Source: Perna viridis (lineage: Eukaryota). Taken from it: a stretch of DNA of 64,000 nucleotides. The translations under genes and the position numbers were made by a program. The stretch lies in NCBI GenBank assembly GCA_037379345.1, contig CM074511.1:38446862-38510861 (forward strand), given 5' to 3'. The notes beneath the pieces were generated by a model that saw only the letters and a program-made list of their open reading frames with translations, ran no database searches and was not told the origin of the DNA. The stretch's first letter is position 1; each line of letters starts with the position of its first letter. Shown here one piece after another: positions 12,701 through 26,400 of the stretch.

Positions 12701-15700
12701 TAAAAGTTTTATAATTTTTCTGTCTTTTTTGAAATAACGAATATACTGGTAACGTATACCATTTAACTAGGAAGGTTTCTGAGTAATTCAAAAAGCCCTA
12801 ATTGTAGAATTCTTGCCTTCATTATACCAATGTGTCCTACTTACTACTACCAAATACATGTATCTTTTATGTTTAAAAAGCTCTCAATTACGATAAACTT
12901 ACCATCTTAATATCATATTTTATAATTTTACAGTGATCAAAAATAGACACAGATTCTATTGATTATTTACCTTCCAGCACCTTCATAGTCATCATCTTCA
13001 TCTTCATCTCCACTTGCCATCAGTTCCTCAATGTCCTCTTCAGAATCATCCTCATCTGCCAAGTTGTCTTCGTTAGCCCCACTTCCACTACCTCCTGAGG
13101 ATCCAGCCTCTCCACACTTAGAAGATGATCCTCCTGAGGATGAACCAGATCCACCAATCACATCTGAAGAAGATCCACAGGCAGCTTCTGATGAACTTGA
13201 TGATGATGCACCACCACTAATTGAAGAACTACCTGCGTTTCTGGCTTCATTGCTGCTGCTAGCCTACTCACAGGAAGAGAAACATTATTCATTATAGGAT
13301 GTTAAGGTAAGATTGTCAGCATTATCATTATTATTTAAAAATACTGTACATTTACAGTACACCAAGAGAGGGAGGATTCTCTTACTTATATTTCTGTGTC
13401 CAATGGATCACAGAATTTTACAGTGTCCACTCCTGAAATCCTCCAAGTGATTTCTCCCATCTGGGAGTATTTTATTACCTTTTTGGCAGTAAGACAGGAT
13501 GTAGGTGGTACTTCAAAGGATAATCAGGGCAATAAAAAATCCCAGCTAGGAGTATTTTATTGCCTTTTGGAAGAAGTATGCCAAGATCACCCCAGGATTT
13601 TTAACACATTTTTGGGAATTTCCTGGAGTCACTCTGAAAATTGACTTTGAAATGGGAATTTGAGAATCTATACTCTTTGGGTGTACTGTAGATTCATGAA
13701 AGCACTCCCGAGCCATTAGTTCACAGAGGCAACTCACTGGAACAGAACTTGAGAAGATGACATGAAGACATCCTCACATCTTATTTTCTTGTGAATAACT
13801 ACATGTGGCTACAGCCTTGCACAAAGATAAAATGTACACATTGCAGGAAGATATTGGTAATTTAACAATGTTCAAACACAATTAAGTTACTTAAATGACA
13901 GTCTTCCATTGTCATTACTCACTAGCTCCATATCTAAGATCAGTAAAAATTTATTTTGGTTCAAATACAATTGACTGTTAAGGTTAGTAACAAAACAATT
14001 ACACTAACTGTAGTGTAATAACAACAGGTGGCTGTTTTAATTCAATGTTTGTAGCATGTAGGTGACATAATGTAAAACTACTTTTCTTAACGATGAAATA
14101 GAAAATTAAGTTTTTACTAGTTTGAAAATATCACACTTTATATGACTTTCTTCGAAAAAGATAACCAATCATAAAAATGTGACTTGGTTAATTCTTCCAA
14201 TTTATATTATTATTAATTAAAAATACTGCACATTTGGATTCATGAAAGCTCTCCCTAGCCATTTGTTCACAGTGGTAAGTCATTTGAACAGAATTTGAGA
14301 AGACAACATGAAGACATCCTGACGTCTAATTTTCTTGTGAATAACTACATGTAAGTACAGCTTTGCAAAAAGATAAAAAGTACAAATTGCAGTAAGATAT
14401 TGATGTACCTTATCATATGCATAACCACAAAGAATATCAATATAAAAATTTCACAAAGCACAAAGCCAAGAATCTACTTGAACTTGATAGTGGAAGTTTC
14501 CATTAATACTACTACTAAGTCCAACCTTTCAGACAATTCATTCATTGAACATTTCTGAATTAGAATATTCAAAATTGACAATACCTCTCCAGACTCTGTG
14601 CTTCCAACTTGATCAGATTCTGATTTACTGGATCCACTTCCACCAGCGTGACTAGAACTAGATGCACCCTTCAAAGATGTAGCTTGTGATGAACCAAGCA
14701 ATGTATTGGATGAAACAGATGAGTCTGCCTGGTTGTTTGATGTGTCAGCTGTGAGGGATTTTTCTTTTGAAGAACTTGGCAAAGATGAAAATGATCCATC
14801 AACAGAGCTACTGACTGTGTCCTGCTGGACGGAAGATGATAATGATGGAGTCACACTACTCATTTGACTCTCCTTTTCTAAATTAAGATTATTTTCATTT
14901 TCTGCATGTCCGTTTGAAATTTTCTCTTCTAAATTAACATCCAAGTTAGCATTTTTATTAGAGTCTGTGGCTTCTTCACCTGCATCCGAAGGAAAGGACA
15001 TCTTTTTAGGTTTTATAACAGGTGAATTAGTAGCATGTCCTTTTTTGCGTAAAAGCCTAGCCCTTGGCTGTTGTGGAGTTTCTCCATATTCATATTTTGC
15101 CATCAACTCCTCGATTGGCATGTCTGCTTCTTGTCGTAGCAACTCTGCTTCTGATTTTTTTTGCTTTAAACTCTGGGCTTTATCATCTGAAATGAAAAGT
15201 GCAAAGCTGTCATTTCTATGATGAAGATGAATCATGATACAGTCCTTGAACTGATCCATGCAACGATTTGATGGATCGATAACCGCTAATGATTGATAAC
15301 CCATGACTGATCTAGTCGCAACTGTGTTTTGTGAAATGGCAGATCCATTAAAAATAAAACAAATGTAAAAATAAAAAATATAAATTGATGTTTAAATCTA
15401 TTGCACTATGTAAATATGTGTAAAACTGACAAAGAAAACAATGAAACCTGTTAAATATAATAACCGTGCTGTGATTATGTGATGCTACCACCAGTTTCAT
15501 TGATTGGTTTGACGGCTCCATGACTGATTGGAAACTGACTGGTGATAGATGACCGATTGCAATTTTTGATGCACGGATCAGTTCAGGTACTGTATCATGC
15601 TTCTGCTCGTGGTTATGAGATTTTGCTAAGTCCCCATTGGTATCAATATCAAACCTGTCTATGCTACTTTATGAATCTTTTTTTTTTGCCATATTTATGA

Positions 15701-18258
15701 AACTGACCTGTAACATCATGAACTTTATAATTTTTAACATCATTAATATGAAGAGGTTCACTGTCTTAGAGCATAACTGGCCATCAAAACTAGTAAAAAC
15801 TACAGAGATCCTTTAAAGATAATTACCTCTGTAATATATAATTGTACTATGACTATTTACTTCTACAGAAATAAAATATACCTCACTAAAATATACAGGA
15901 AATAATAATAAACAAACAGCTCTGCACATGGTATGCTCATTACTATTTTTGGGTGTAATTTAATGGCAGCAGTTTTACAATGAATGCAGTCATAAGAAAT
16001 GATGGATGTATAAAAAGAGAATAAACCTTCATGTTCATCATCTGATTCTACTCCTGCCAACACCTTCAATTCTTTAATAACCTCTGGTGTAGTAAGTAAG
16101 GCATCAAATCCTAAGTACGCCTCTTCTAATGCTTCAATGTATTTTCCTTCCTTGTATAATCTTGATTCCTTCAAAAATGAAGGAAGGTTAGTGGCACAAT
16201 ACTGCGCCACCTCAGCACCTGTAATAAAGGTTAAAATGATACATGTTGAAAGAGAGGCAGTGAGTTCAATGAAGATAAGACGGTACAAAGATTACCATCA
16301 TATATTTGGTACATGTATTTCATCAACAGAATATGTGTATGAATTTCCAAATTTAAATCAAAAATACAACAAAAGACAACATACAAATGTAGTGTAAAAA
16401 TATACAAAAAATGTTAATCATAAGTTTTCCAAAATTAACCACCATCAATAGACATAAACAAAATCATTTGCTTATTGTGTATTACGAAAAAATTTACAAC
16501 ATATAAAACTTACCACCATGACCATCGTAAACTGCAAACAGGGCTGAATTCTCTTCATAATCTGGTAAACAGTTGTGAGCATCCTTAAAGATTAATAAAA
16601 TGGTGAACTTTTTTTTCAAAAATCATAAAAATGACAGAATTTTGAGTATTTACAAAACAAATTTGTCTGAGGGTTTATCACTTTTAAAATACCTGAACAT
16701 TCTATTTTCAAATATTTGCTTTGTGGTTCTTACTAAAAGTTCACATTTAATAATCATTAACTGTCAAGACATTTTCATTGAAGAAATGGTTCCAAATACA
16801 TTTACTCGATTTCATCACTTCTTTTACAAAAAAGGTGGTGGCTGGCCATTTACACCTTTAAATCAATTTTGCTACTACAATGATTTGATGAAGTGTACAT
16901 CCGATTCTTGTGACAGATTTGTAATTGTATCAATTAATTTGGCATTTAATTAAACAAGCACCTCTTGTGATTCTCAATAGGTTTATAATGTTCTTTGTCT
17001 CTTTTTTTATGTTGCTAATATTGTAAGTGACTTCTTGCACTCGTAATTTCAGTACTTAATATTTGCATATGATTTGCATAAATATATAGTTATATGCCAC
17101 ATAATGCTGCAGATCTTTGCGGTGTTTACCACCATAGTGTCATAGTTTTAGCTTCATACGAGAAAAAAATGTACCTCTTAAATATCATGCATATGTGTTG
17201 TATGCCTTGTGTTTCTTGCTTGTACGAGAATGGGAAGATTACATGAAATGATCAGTTAACATTGAACATTACCCAGTTTCCGATTCAGGCACAGGGGCAT
17301 GTTACAAGACTATATAGGTCATATACATTAGCATGCCCCGATATTTATGAATATTCATTGCTAGTTGTTTAATCTGGTTCCCAATCTGGTTCCCTGGTCA
17401 ATATTATAAGCATCCAAAGATCGCCGCAACGTACCTCTTTTAAAACATTTCATACACATGTCTATGTTTGTTTTTTTGCTTGTATGAGAACGGTAAGTTT
17501 ACAAAAATGTACATTAAAAGATGACATGATTGGTTAGCACTGAATTCATGTTCATGTTATGTTACCCAGTTACCTTATTCAAATACAGGCATTCGCTACA
17601 ATTGACTACTTGTTTATATGGGTCATTTATATTAGCAGGATCCCGATATCTATATATAGCCATTCCCAGTTGCTTAATCTTGTTCTGGATGATTGAAAAC
17701 ATTCAGGTCATCAAAGTTATGAAAGAGTACACCATCATATCAAGGGAACCAAGATTCATTCAGTGGAAGTTACCCAATTTTAGAGTATATCACATTCGTG
17801 CCATTTCAGATGTTGAAAGTAAGCCAAAATCATTGACAGAGAATATTTGAAGATTAGCAACTTTGAAGAATTCAGTCTTTGATCTTATAGTCTGTCACAT
17901 CAAATTAAATATTTTAAAGAGCTTGTTCACAAGAAACTGTAATTTGTAAACTACAAGCAATCAAAGAATTTGCATTATGCTGTTCCTAACCCTTTGCAAT
18001 TTCATTTGATTAAATAACATATAACATATCCTGCATGTCTCATATGCATGTGAACAGTATTCATGAAACATAAATTATATATAAAAGCACGAACAGGGAA
18101 CTGAATTCCAATAGGGGACAATAACAATAATCAACAATAAATTTCACCTCCTGTGTCATCCTCCATCCTTGCATGGAAGATGCTCCATATGTGAAATTTT
18201 TACAGGTCTCATCACAGGAATTCTTTTCTGTGTTTGGTGTTGACAAATACACCCCCAT
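6748..18258 (-). CDS. PPM1G: Protein phosphatase 1G (PP2C-gamma), 10 coding exons, 663 aa
   Basis: Exons (minus strand, all GT-AG, phases consistent, 1992 nt): 18148-18258, 16514-16583, 16027-16218, 14585-15186, 12971-13263, 12429-12522, 10552-10786, 8537-8666, 7899-7992, 6748-6918. PP2C motifs [61 protein letters not shown] Ser/Gly-rich and acidic internal insert and a basic C-terminal NLS-like tail ([16 protein letters not shown]) are typical of PPM1G. Confidence 0.95.
9008..9555 (-). mobile_element. Penelope-like (Naiad/Chlamys-type) retroelement relic with internal deletion, PPM1G intron 7
   Basis: Reads [55 protein letters not shown] (YIDD decayed to YIVD), then jumps to a 3' segment (9008-9207) shared with 3367-3485 and 43985-44190. 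Clade assignment is from recalled motifs. Confidence 0.75.
11265..11767 (+). mobile_element. Candidate solo LTR, PPM1G intron 6
   Basis: TGTAA...TTACA inverted termini, 503 bp, GC/CpG richer than its flanks, internal CGCCATCTT, CTTCCGG and TATA-like motifs; TSD imperfect (CATG/CAGA). Confidence 0.4.
13691..14402. repeat. Two diverged ~166-bp direct copies (13691-13856, 14237-14402) in PPM1G intron 4
   Basis: gattcatgaaagc...catgaagacatcct...ttttcttgtgaataactacatgt...aagatattg present in both, offset 546 bp. Confidence 0.85.
15233..15599. mobile_element. MITE-like element with ~30-bp inverted termini, PPM1G intron 3
   Basis: catgatacagtccttgaactgatccatgca (15233-15262) pairs with tgcacggatcagttcaggtactgtatcatg (15570-15599); no clear TSD. 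Confidence 0.65.
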
Positions 18259-20467
18259 TTTTCAGAAAACTAAGTGAATTCAGGACATAAACATTCACAT
18301 TTCCACATGTGTATTTCGCGGTTGGTCATGTGACATGCAATTGTAGGATCGAAGTGAAAATTTGTTTTTGTTTCAGTGGTTAGTTGTATTTTTCAACTGC
18401 ATTTTATAAATCATTTTATAAAAATATCTTTCCCCACAATAACGGATAAATTACATTACTGATGATGTATTTTAGTGAATATAGTTTTTTTTTTATTCTG
18501 AGATCACGAGTGAGTATATGCAAACTTCAAAGCGAATTTTTGAGAAAATCAAACAAAACGAAAATGACTTTAGCTATTTCAAAACGAAATAAACAAACTA
18601 TCCTTTTTATATCAGATTGTTGCTTTCATAACTTTCTACATCATTATTGTATAAACATGGTGAAATTATCACTGCCATTATCAGTAACTGTTTAAACTAA
18701 ACTAGTATGTAAATAAACAACATCTAAGAGTTTTCTTGTCAAGATATTTTTGTGACAAAGTTTTGTAACAGTCTGCAAACATTTAAAAATATGTCGATTC
18801 CTGTAAACATGTTAAGTTTGAAAACACGATAATAATAAAATAACTATGAAACAGAAAATGATAGTCCTGAAACCAATGAAATGGTAGTGATAGGTCGCGT
18901 CTAACAAAAATTCCACTGATTCAATGTTCAAAGCAAGATCGCTAGACTGCCACACTATGCCAAAGGACGTTAGAGGAAAACACATGAATACAGGGTCTCG
19001 GAAAATGTTAAGTGTCTTATATAAGTGTTATAATCATGTTAAAACATTCAGTATTACATTCCTTAAACTGAGTTGATTATGACTTCTGGCCTTGTTGAAC
19101 TGGAAAAGCCCAAAGCAAATACATGTACCAGTTTTGCTAAATTGATTCATCTATTAAATTAGTAATAATGGAGCTTTACCTCTGTGGTCATTTAAATTTT
19201 TCCTTTTCGTGGTTATACACTAGTGGGGCTGCATATTTGTATTTGTATGATCCAACTGTAATTGTATGTACGACTTCACGCCACGTTTCCTTTTTAAACA
19301 AATTATTTGTAAAAATAATAAAATATAAAACTGAATGATTTTTTTTGTTGTTGCATTTAATGATTATAAACTCATGGTATTAGTATCATAGTATTATGCG
19401 TCTACTGAACAGCTTCTTCGAAACCGTACAATGGAGTGGAACAATTTAATCTAATCGGTTAAATGCTGAATCAAACTCATTGTTGTCTTGTGTTTCTCTT
19501 TCAGCAATGCAGCTTCAGCGTCAGAATTCGTTATAATTTTCTTACCGTGGCACTGATGTGGGAAAGCTGGTCTTGCGTCGATCATATTGCCCACTTTACG
19601 AAATAGTGATCACTAAGATATTTTGAACACCGAATTGTAGTCTTATTATTAACAATACCCTTTTTAATATACTGCTTGTAAATTCCTATTTAAATTTCGT
19701 TGCAATTGTAAATTGGCAATTTTCTTTTTATAAAAATGCTTTCTAGTTGCAGAGGCAATTTTGCCGTCTCTAGCAAAGTAACGAGTTCCATAAAGTTTTG
19801 CTATTATATTATTTCCTTTTTGCATCATTCACTTTGCATCACTTTCATCAAATATTACAATTATTAATGATTTTATATTCGTCTTCCGTGATCAGCCAGA
19901 ATTCTAAGGTTTGATCTTTTCACCCTGAGCGATATTAAGTTTTGATAACATACAAATTACCTCACTGTTCATGCACGTAAGCACTTGGTTTAAAAGGCTT
20001 ACTGTTATGCCGTGTTTCATTGAATTTTTTAAAACTCCATTCCGGTATTTGTTCCCTCATTGTTTCAGAAAATTTGGCAATTCTGTATTCTTAGATTGTA
20101 TGTTTTGACCAACTTGAAAGTTTTAATAGGACCGTTCAAGTATTTTGAATTAACTCAGTTGTAAGTGCAACTCATCTATGCCAGTGTCTGTATAATTGGG
20201 AAAAAAGTTATATTCCAGAGCAGTGTTAGGAAATCCCGAAAATGCACATTCATTGTTTTTTGTAATATTTCGAACCTTTGTCGTTCTTTTAGTTTTCTGT
20301 TTAAATAATAGAACGGTTTTAGTTTGTTTCGTTTTGTTTAATCCGTGCTTGATTTCGTTTTTATATTTACAGGTACTATACACCTAATTATTTGCTGCGA
20401 ATCAGTAATCAATTTCCGTCTGCTAAAAATTTTGTTCACTTTTCGACATCAGTGATTTTATTTCGAT
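18259..20467. promoter_or_regulatory. Divergent (head-to-head) promoter region of PPM1G and NRBP1
   Basis: 2.2 kb between opposing start codons, relatively CpG-retaining. E2F-like TTTCGCGG (18314-18321) and E/M-box GTCATGTGAC (18325-18334) lie just upstream of the PPM1G ATG. Confidence 0.55.
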
Positions 20468-23400
20468 ATGGGCGATGTTGACCAAGAGAAGCCAGAGAAA
20501 ACAGATAGTGCTGATGAGTCTGAAGACGAAGGGGAAGTTTTAGAGTACTCACCATGTGGAAGGTGGCAAAAGAGGAGAGAAGAGGTATGTTGAAAAGTAC
20601 GGCTCCTAACGGGAATGACTTGACATGACACTCCCACTTGTCCCTGTAGCCCGTCTTGAGATGGAAATAAATTGATTTTATATGTTTGCCTATGAATATG
20701 ATTTAAGGCTTTGCATATTGGGGATGGAGCAATATGTATACTATACTCAAATAAACATTTGACTTCGTAACAATTAAAATAGTTGTTAATCCACTACTAC
20801 AATTACAAATGTATTTTGTTACATCGATGATATTTTAATCAATGTGAATATGCACGATTTCATATAACACACGCTGTAAATATGTATTTAAAGTTCAAAC
20901 CATCACCTAACTGTAGATATCATTTCCGAAGTATGTCACTCGACAAAAACACGTTGAGCCATTCATCTTTTAGAGCATCCGCACGCATATGTAGTGATAC
21001 AGAACATTGCTGATGCTCTGTCCTTTTTTAAGACATTGTCCTCTAAAGATGCCATCACATTTTTAAGATGGGATTGTCAAAGTTAAAGTATAAGGTACAA
21101 ATTGTATATGATTTTATCAGCGATAATATAACTTACATGTATGAGGCAGGTTTAATCTGCAAGAGGACAATGTTTTAAGCTTGGATGGCCCTATAGGAGA
21201 GTTTGCCAATCTCATTAGTGATGTCATATTCACTAATTTGCATATCATTAAGCGTAAAATTGGTTGACAAATAAACAACTAAATAAACAATTAACAATTT
21301 TGTGATTAGAATCCCAATTTTCAAAACTTATAATTATAGCTTTGTTATTTTATATCCCAATTTTGGTTCTGTAAAATATTTCATTTAGATAAAATAATTC
21401 ATATTTTGTATGTGAATATTTTACTTAAAAAATAAATTTAAAATGATATTTATATGTAAACCTCTGTGTTTATTAAAAATTAATTTTAAATTTTTATGCT
21501 AATATAGTCTAATTACTGAATATTCATTTTAAAATTCCATGGATTAAAAAGAGTTTTATTGGCAGTGTAGGGAACCAAAGGAAATTTTCAATTATTGTAA
21601 AAAATTAAAAAGTTATCATGATTTAAAGTTGATGCCCCATGCCATTCAATGGATTTTGTGCCAACCAAATCCAAATCATAGGTAAGTGATAACATCACGA
21701 AGAACTCTCCTGTTGATGATGACCCAAGTTCTAGTAGACTTGGGACAACTTGTCTCACATTATATGACTGGGCACTTTGATGGAGTGTTATGGCATTTGG
21801 CATTATGATCTGATACCCAAAGAAGAATATGAGGTTGCCCAAAAAGTTTACAATTTATTCAAAAATATTATAATTAACTTGAGAAAATTTTTGACTGTAG
21901 GATTTCTTAATTTAATTTCTAACCCTGTTTTATTTTTTTCTCTGACAACTGAACACTACTAAAAAAAATTGTAAGGCAGCCACAGTGGTAATGGTAAATA
22001 TTTGTATTCTTAGAATTGATTCCTTTCATTCAACATTGGTTTTAGGTAGAGCAGAGAGATGTGCCAGGTATTGATTATGCCTTTCTTGCTATGGACACAG
22101 AGGAAGGGGTGGAGGTTGTATGGAATGAAGTGCAGTTCTCTGAAAATAGAAATTTGAAAGCTCAAGAGGTTTGTGTCAACATCAGTCACAGTACAAGTCT
22201 AATGATAGTATTTAGTTCAAGGTATACATTTGAAAAAAAAACTTAGTTTTGGAAAGAATTCAACTCATGCTTACTAAGTTTATTTTGGAAGAAATTTTAA
22301 CAATGAAATGATACTTGTATTCTACTGCAAGATAGTTTTGTCACTTACAAATATGAAGACAGAACACTATTTAAAACTATGTATAACATAAATCTGTCAG
22401 AATGGTTAAGACAGCCTAGTAATAAGTTTTTTTTATATTTTTTTCTAAAATACAAATGTACTACATAAAATGAGACTGGTGAAACCTGACACACTCAAGT
22501 TCATATCCCAAGCTTAGTCTGATCAAATTTTGGTTCACTTTTCTGATGTTCGATTGTAATGTCATGCTTTATGGGGGTTTAAAAATTCTTGTGCCAGAAA
22601 CTGTTTTCTGACATTTCATAGTTTTTTTTGCAAATAGTAATTACCATTTAGCTCTCCTTGGGGGCCTACATAACAGAACATCAAAACTTACTGATTTAAA
22701 TAGCTCATTTTATCGTAATACGATATTTCATATCATTTATTTCAGGACAAAATAAGACAAGTGTTTGATAACCTTATTCAGCTTGATCATCCAAATATAG
22801 TGAAATTTCACAAATACTGGACTGATACCAAAGATGGTAAATCCAGGGTAAGTATCTACTATTTTTACAGAAGTACTTAAGGGTACTGTTCATGAACAAT
22901 GTCTTCTTCGTTAACTACAGATTTCATGATAATGTCAGGATAACTTCAAAACCATGGATAACATGCTGCAGTGTCATTGTACTGTTATAAATATGGGAAA
23001 GGCAAACCAACAACCCTGAATGCTTGCAAATTAAGCAATTTGATAAAATTTCTTCCCCTAGGAAAGAGCCTATATTCCCAGAATAGTCAGATCCAGTTTT
23101 TAGTAAATTGATACAACTTTGTTTAAAATTGTCTACTGTCTGCTGGTAGTTGAACATCTTAAACCTACATTATTTGTAATTTATTTTTATTTTCAGGTTA
23201 TATTTATAACAGAGTACATGTCTTCTGGCTCCCTGTCTCAGTTCATGAAGAAAACCAGAAAAAATAACAAAACTTTCAACTTGAAGGTATTTTTTTCCCC
23301 TATTTGATAAAGGAATATTCCATCAATCAGTTTCATTACTGAGAAAAAGCTAATACATTAAACAATTTTTTTTATGCCAGACATACGGTAAACAAAAAAA

Positions 23401-26400
23401 GTAATAATGCCTAATAATAATGTTTGAAACAAAACAAATACAATTACTAAAGACTTTCACTAATCAGATTTTTGAAATATGACAAGTTAAAAAAATAACT
23501 TGTGATTTAAGCATTCTTGAAAATAGTATCTTACCCCCTTTCTGTGTATTTGTGCATGCTATTATCATATATTTCTATTCAACCACTAAAATATCAGGGG
23601 AGGGGGGTTGTCCTTAGAAATTTTGTACCCAGGCAATAATTGGTTTTACATTGATCCAATTCTTTCGACCCCATGAGTCATTATTGGAAATATTATATTA
23701 CTCAAGTTTGCATTGACTTCATTAGGAAGTTGCTTGTCAATGTATGGTGTTAATTATTTGCTTATGTAATTAAATTCAATGAATGGTTTTTTTTGTAGGC
23801 ATGGAAACGTTGGTGTACACAGATTTTGTCAGCTCTCAGGTATATTAAAGTGGATTTAAATAGTGCTTCCTTTGTTAATAAAATATATTTTGTTTTTCAA
23901 AATTCCTGACATGGTTGCCATACAACTTTTAAAAATACTATGATCACAGAATATTCTGATTTTTACTGGTAACTGGATTTCATAACATCACAAACAGTTG
24001 CAAATTTGCTAGAAAATATTCTGATGGAAGTAAAAATTTGTAGACATGGTAGTTGACAATTGTGCAATTGTGCAGGCACTGTTTTTTTCTTTTAATACGT
24101 TGATACAATATTTTACATTTACTTATCTATTTAATAATTATTTGGAAATTATTGGCAGTGTAGACATGTTTTAAGCTTTCCCAGACAATCAATCAATCAA
24201 TAGATCTATTTCTGCAAGCTTTCTTTTGGTTTATATAAATTTTTGGAGACATAGAACTTTATTCTTGATATTAAAGTTGTGATTTTCCAGTTATTAGACA
24301 TTTAATTGAAAATACTGTGCAAGATATTGCAATTTTTTAGTAAAATGTTTGTCATCATTGAAGAAAGCTTACTTTTATTTCTTTTTGTTTTTTTTTATTT
24401 AATTTTCATTTCTGAGGTATTGGATTGTAACACCGATAAAGGATGATGGGCCTAGCAAATGCTTTGAGTACAGCTATTAGTTAATTAAGGCTTGATAAAT
24501 AGTCAAAATTGGAAATACATGTATCTCAAAAGAAATACAGTGTAACCTGCCTAAATGGAACCCTGAGTAATCTGAAAACCTGTCTAAACCAAACACTTTT
24601 ATAAGTTTGAATGTATTTCTAACCTTGGAAACCATTCACCTGTCCATTAAAACCTAATCAATTTGAAGGCCCAAAAGGGGTTCAGTTTAGACCGGTTTCA
24701 CTGTATAATTACACCAGAAAAAAGGTAACTTTAATGAACACATTTTTTTCACTATAGATGGCTATTACTATCTTGATATGACACAACAGATTTAACCATT
24801 ATTTGTGATAACAAGTACTTATATTTATTTACTGAAAAAAATTATAATTAGAATCACAACTATATTTCAGCTATCTGCATTCCTGTAATCCTCCCATTAC
24901 CCATGGAAATTTAGCCTGTGATACAATTTTTATACAACATAATGGACTCATCAAAATTGGTTCAGGTAGGCAAAGCAAACTAGTGAAAAGGTTAAGGATC
25001 TAGCTTCTGTCACATTCATGCAAACACACTCTATATTATTGATTTTTGTTATTGATATATTTCTCAGAGATGAGGAAGGCAATTTTAAGACAATATATAT
25101 TGATATTGCATCGAAAGATTTTTCTGAGTCATTATCTTTTCAGAAATAGATATTTCCCACATCTTTTGCCTTTCTCTTTTCTGAATACACAGCTGTAGGT
25201 TTGGGTATTTGATTTTAAGTTTGTTATTTTTATGTTTGGATTGCATATTTTTTATAAGTTATTTTATATTTCTGCTTTGTTCTGCCTTTTATCCTGCTTC
25301 AGTTTATTATGTATATATTTGGTTCATTTTAGTTTAGAAGAGCAGAAAAAAAAATATATTGGGGATATTATAATTCAATACACAGTAACTAAAACTGTAT
25401 TCTTTTAATAAAAATGCAATTCTCATTTGAAATAGCTTTCAAGTTTCTGTCAGAGATCTATATAGTTTGAAAATTAAAATTTTTTATGATATTTCTAGAC
25501 GTTTTGACACATTGGTTAGGCAGTTTTTCTTTCCTTTTGCTTTTCCTGCTTGCTGTTGAAAGCCAGTTGATTGTGTAGATGTGAAGATATCAAAGAGTTA
25601 TTGGAATAGCCTGTTTTCCTTCAAGCATTTTATAGAAATATCTTATGAACTTTCATTTGATGAAACTTAATAAAATTGAAAAAGGATTACTATCTTACAA
25701 GGCCTAGGGCAGACAGATTTTTTTATATTGAACAATGCTGTGATGATCTGAGATTCCTTTGGTATACCCGGTAATACTGGGTCATGGCCACTCTGTGTGT
25801 AAATTTTGGGTCTGCCTTTTGAAAAAACCCTGTAGATAGTACATGTAGTTTAAACCCCATAATATTTTCAGCCTAAAAAATTAATTGTTAATAACAACAT
25901 GAGCATGTTAAGCAGTTTTCTCCCCTAGCAAATTTTGTTCTGTGCTTTGCTGTATTATACATATAGCACCATATGTTTGGAAATTTAATTTTGGTGAGAA
26001 TGGACCAACGATACTGTGCTTTAATTATTGTAAAAAAGCCTCACAAGCGCTGACTTGCCAGTAAGCACTGTACTTTTTTCTTCAAATTTAGGTGTTGAAA
26101 ATCAAATTGTAATTTTATACTTAAGATAAAGAATATTAGGAATTGCAGGATAGGAAAATTATTTTTGGAGGGAAAAGGGGAGATAACACATGCCCTACTA
26201 CGTGAGAGGTAATATGTTGTAGGTGGAGGTATTGGTGAGTGAGCTCAAAACTCTCATTACCACTACAGTGTTCCAGCTTAACAATAAGAGCTGAGTGGAG
26301 TTATCCCTTATACTGCATACCATTAACATTTTCTTCCAAGAGGGCGTTATTCCCCTTTCAGTTTGTTAATGTATATAAGTTAAAATATATACCGAAAAAG

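Noticed and set aside
13031-13297. Plus-strand ORF (also 14967-15221, 10680-10973, 16137-16397, 38887-39156)
   Set aside because: Antisense shadows of PPM1G or NRBP1 exons.
13774-13776. Selenocysteine reading of the TGA in the candidate PPM1G cassette exon
   Set aside because: No SECIS recognised and no Cys-aligned homologous context.
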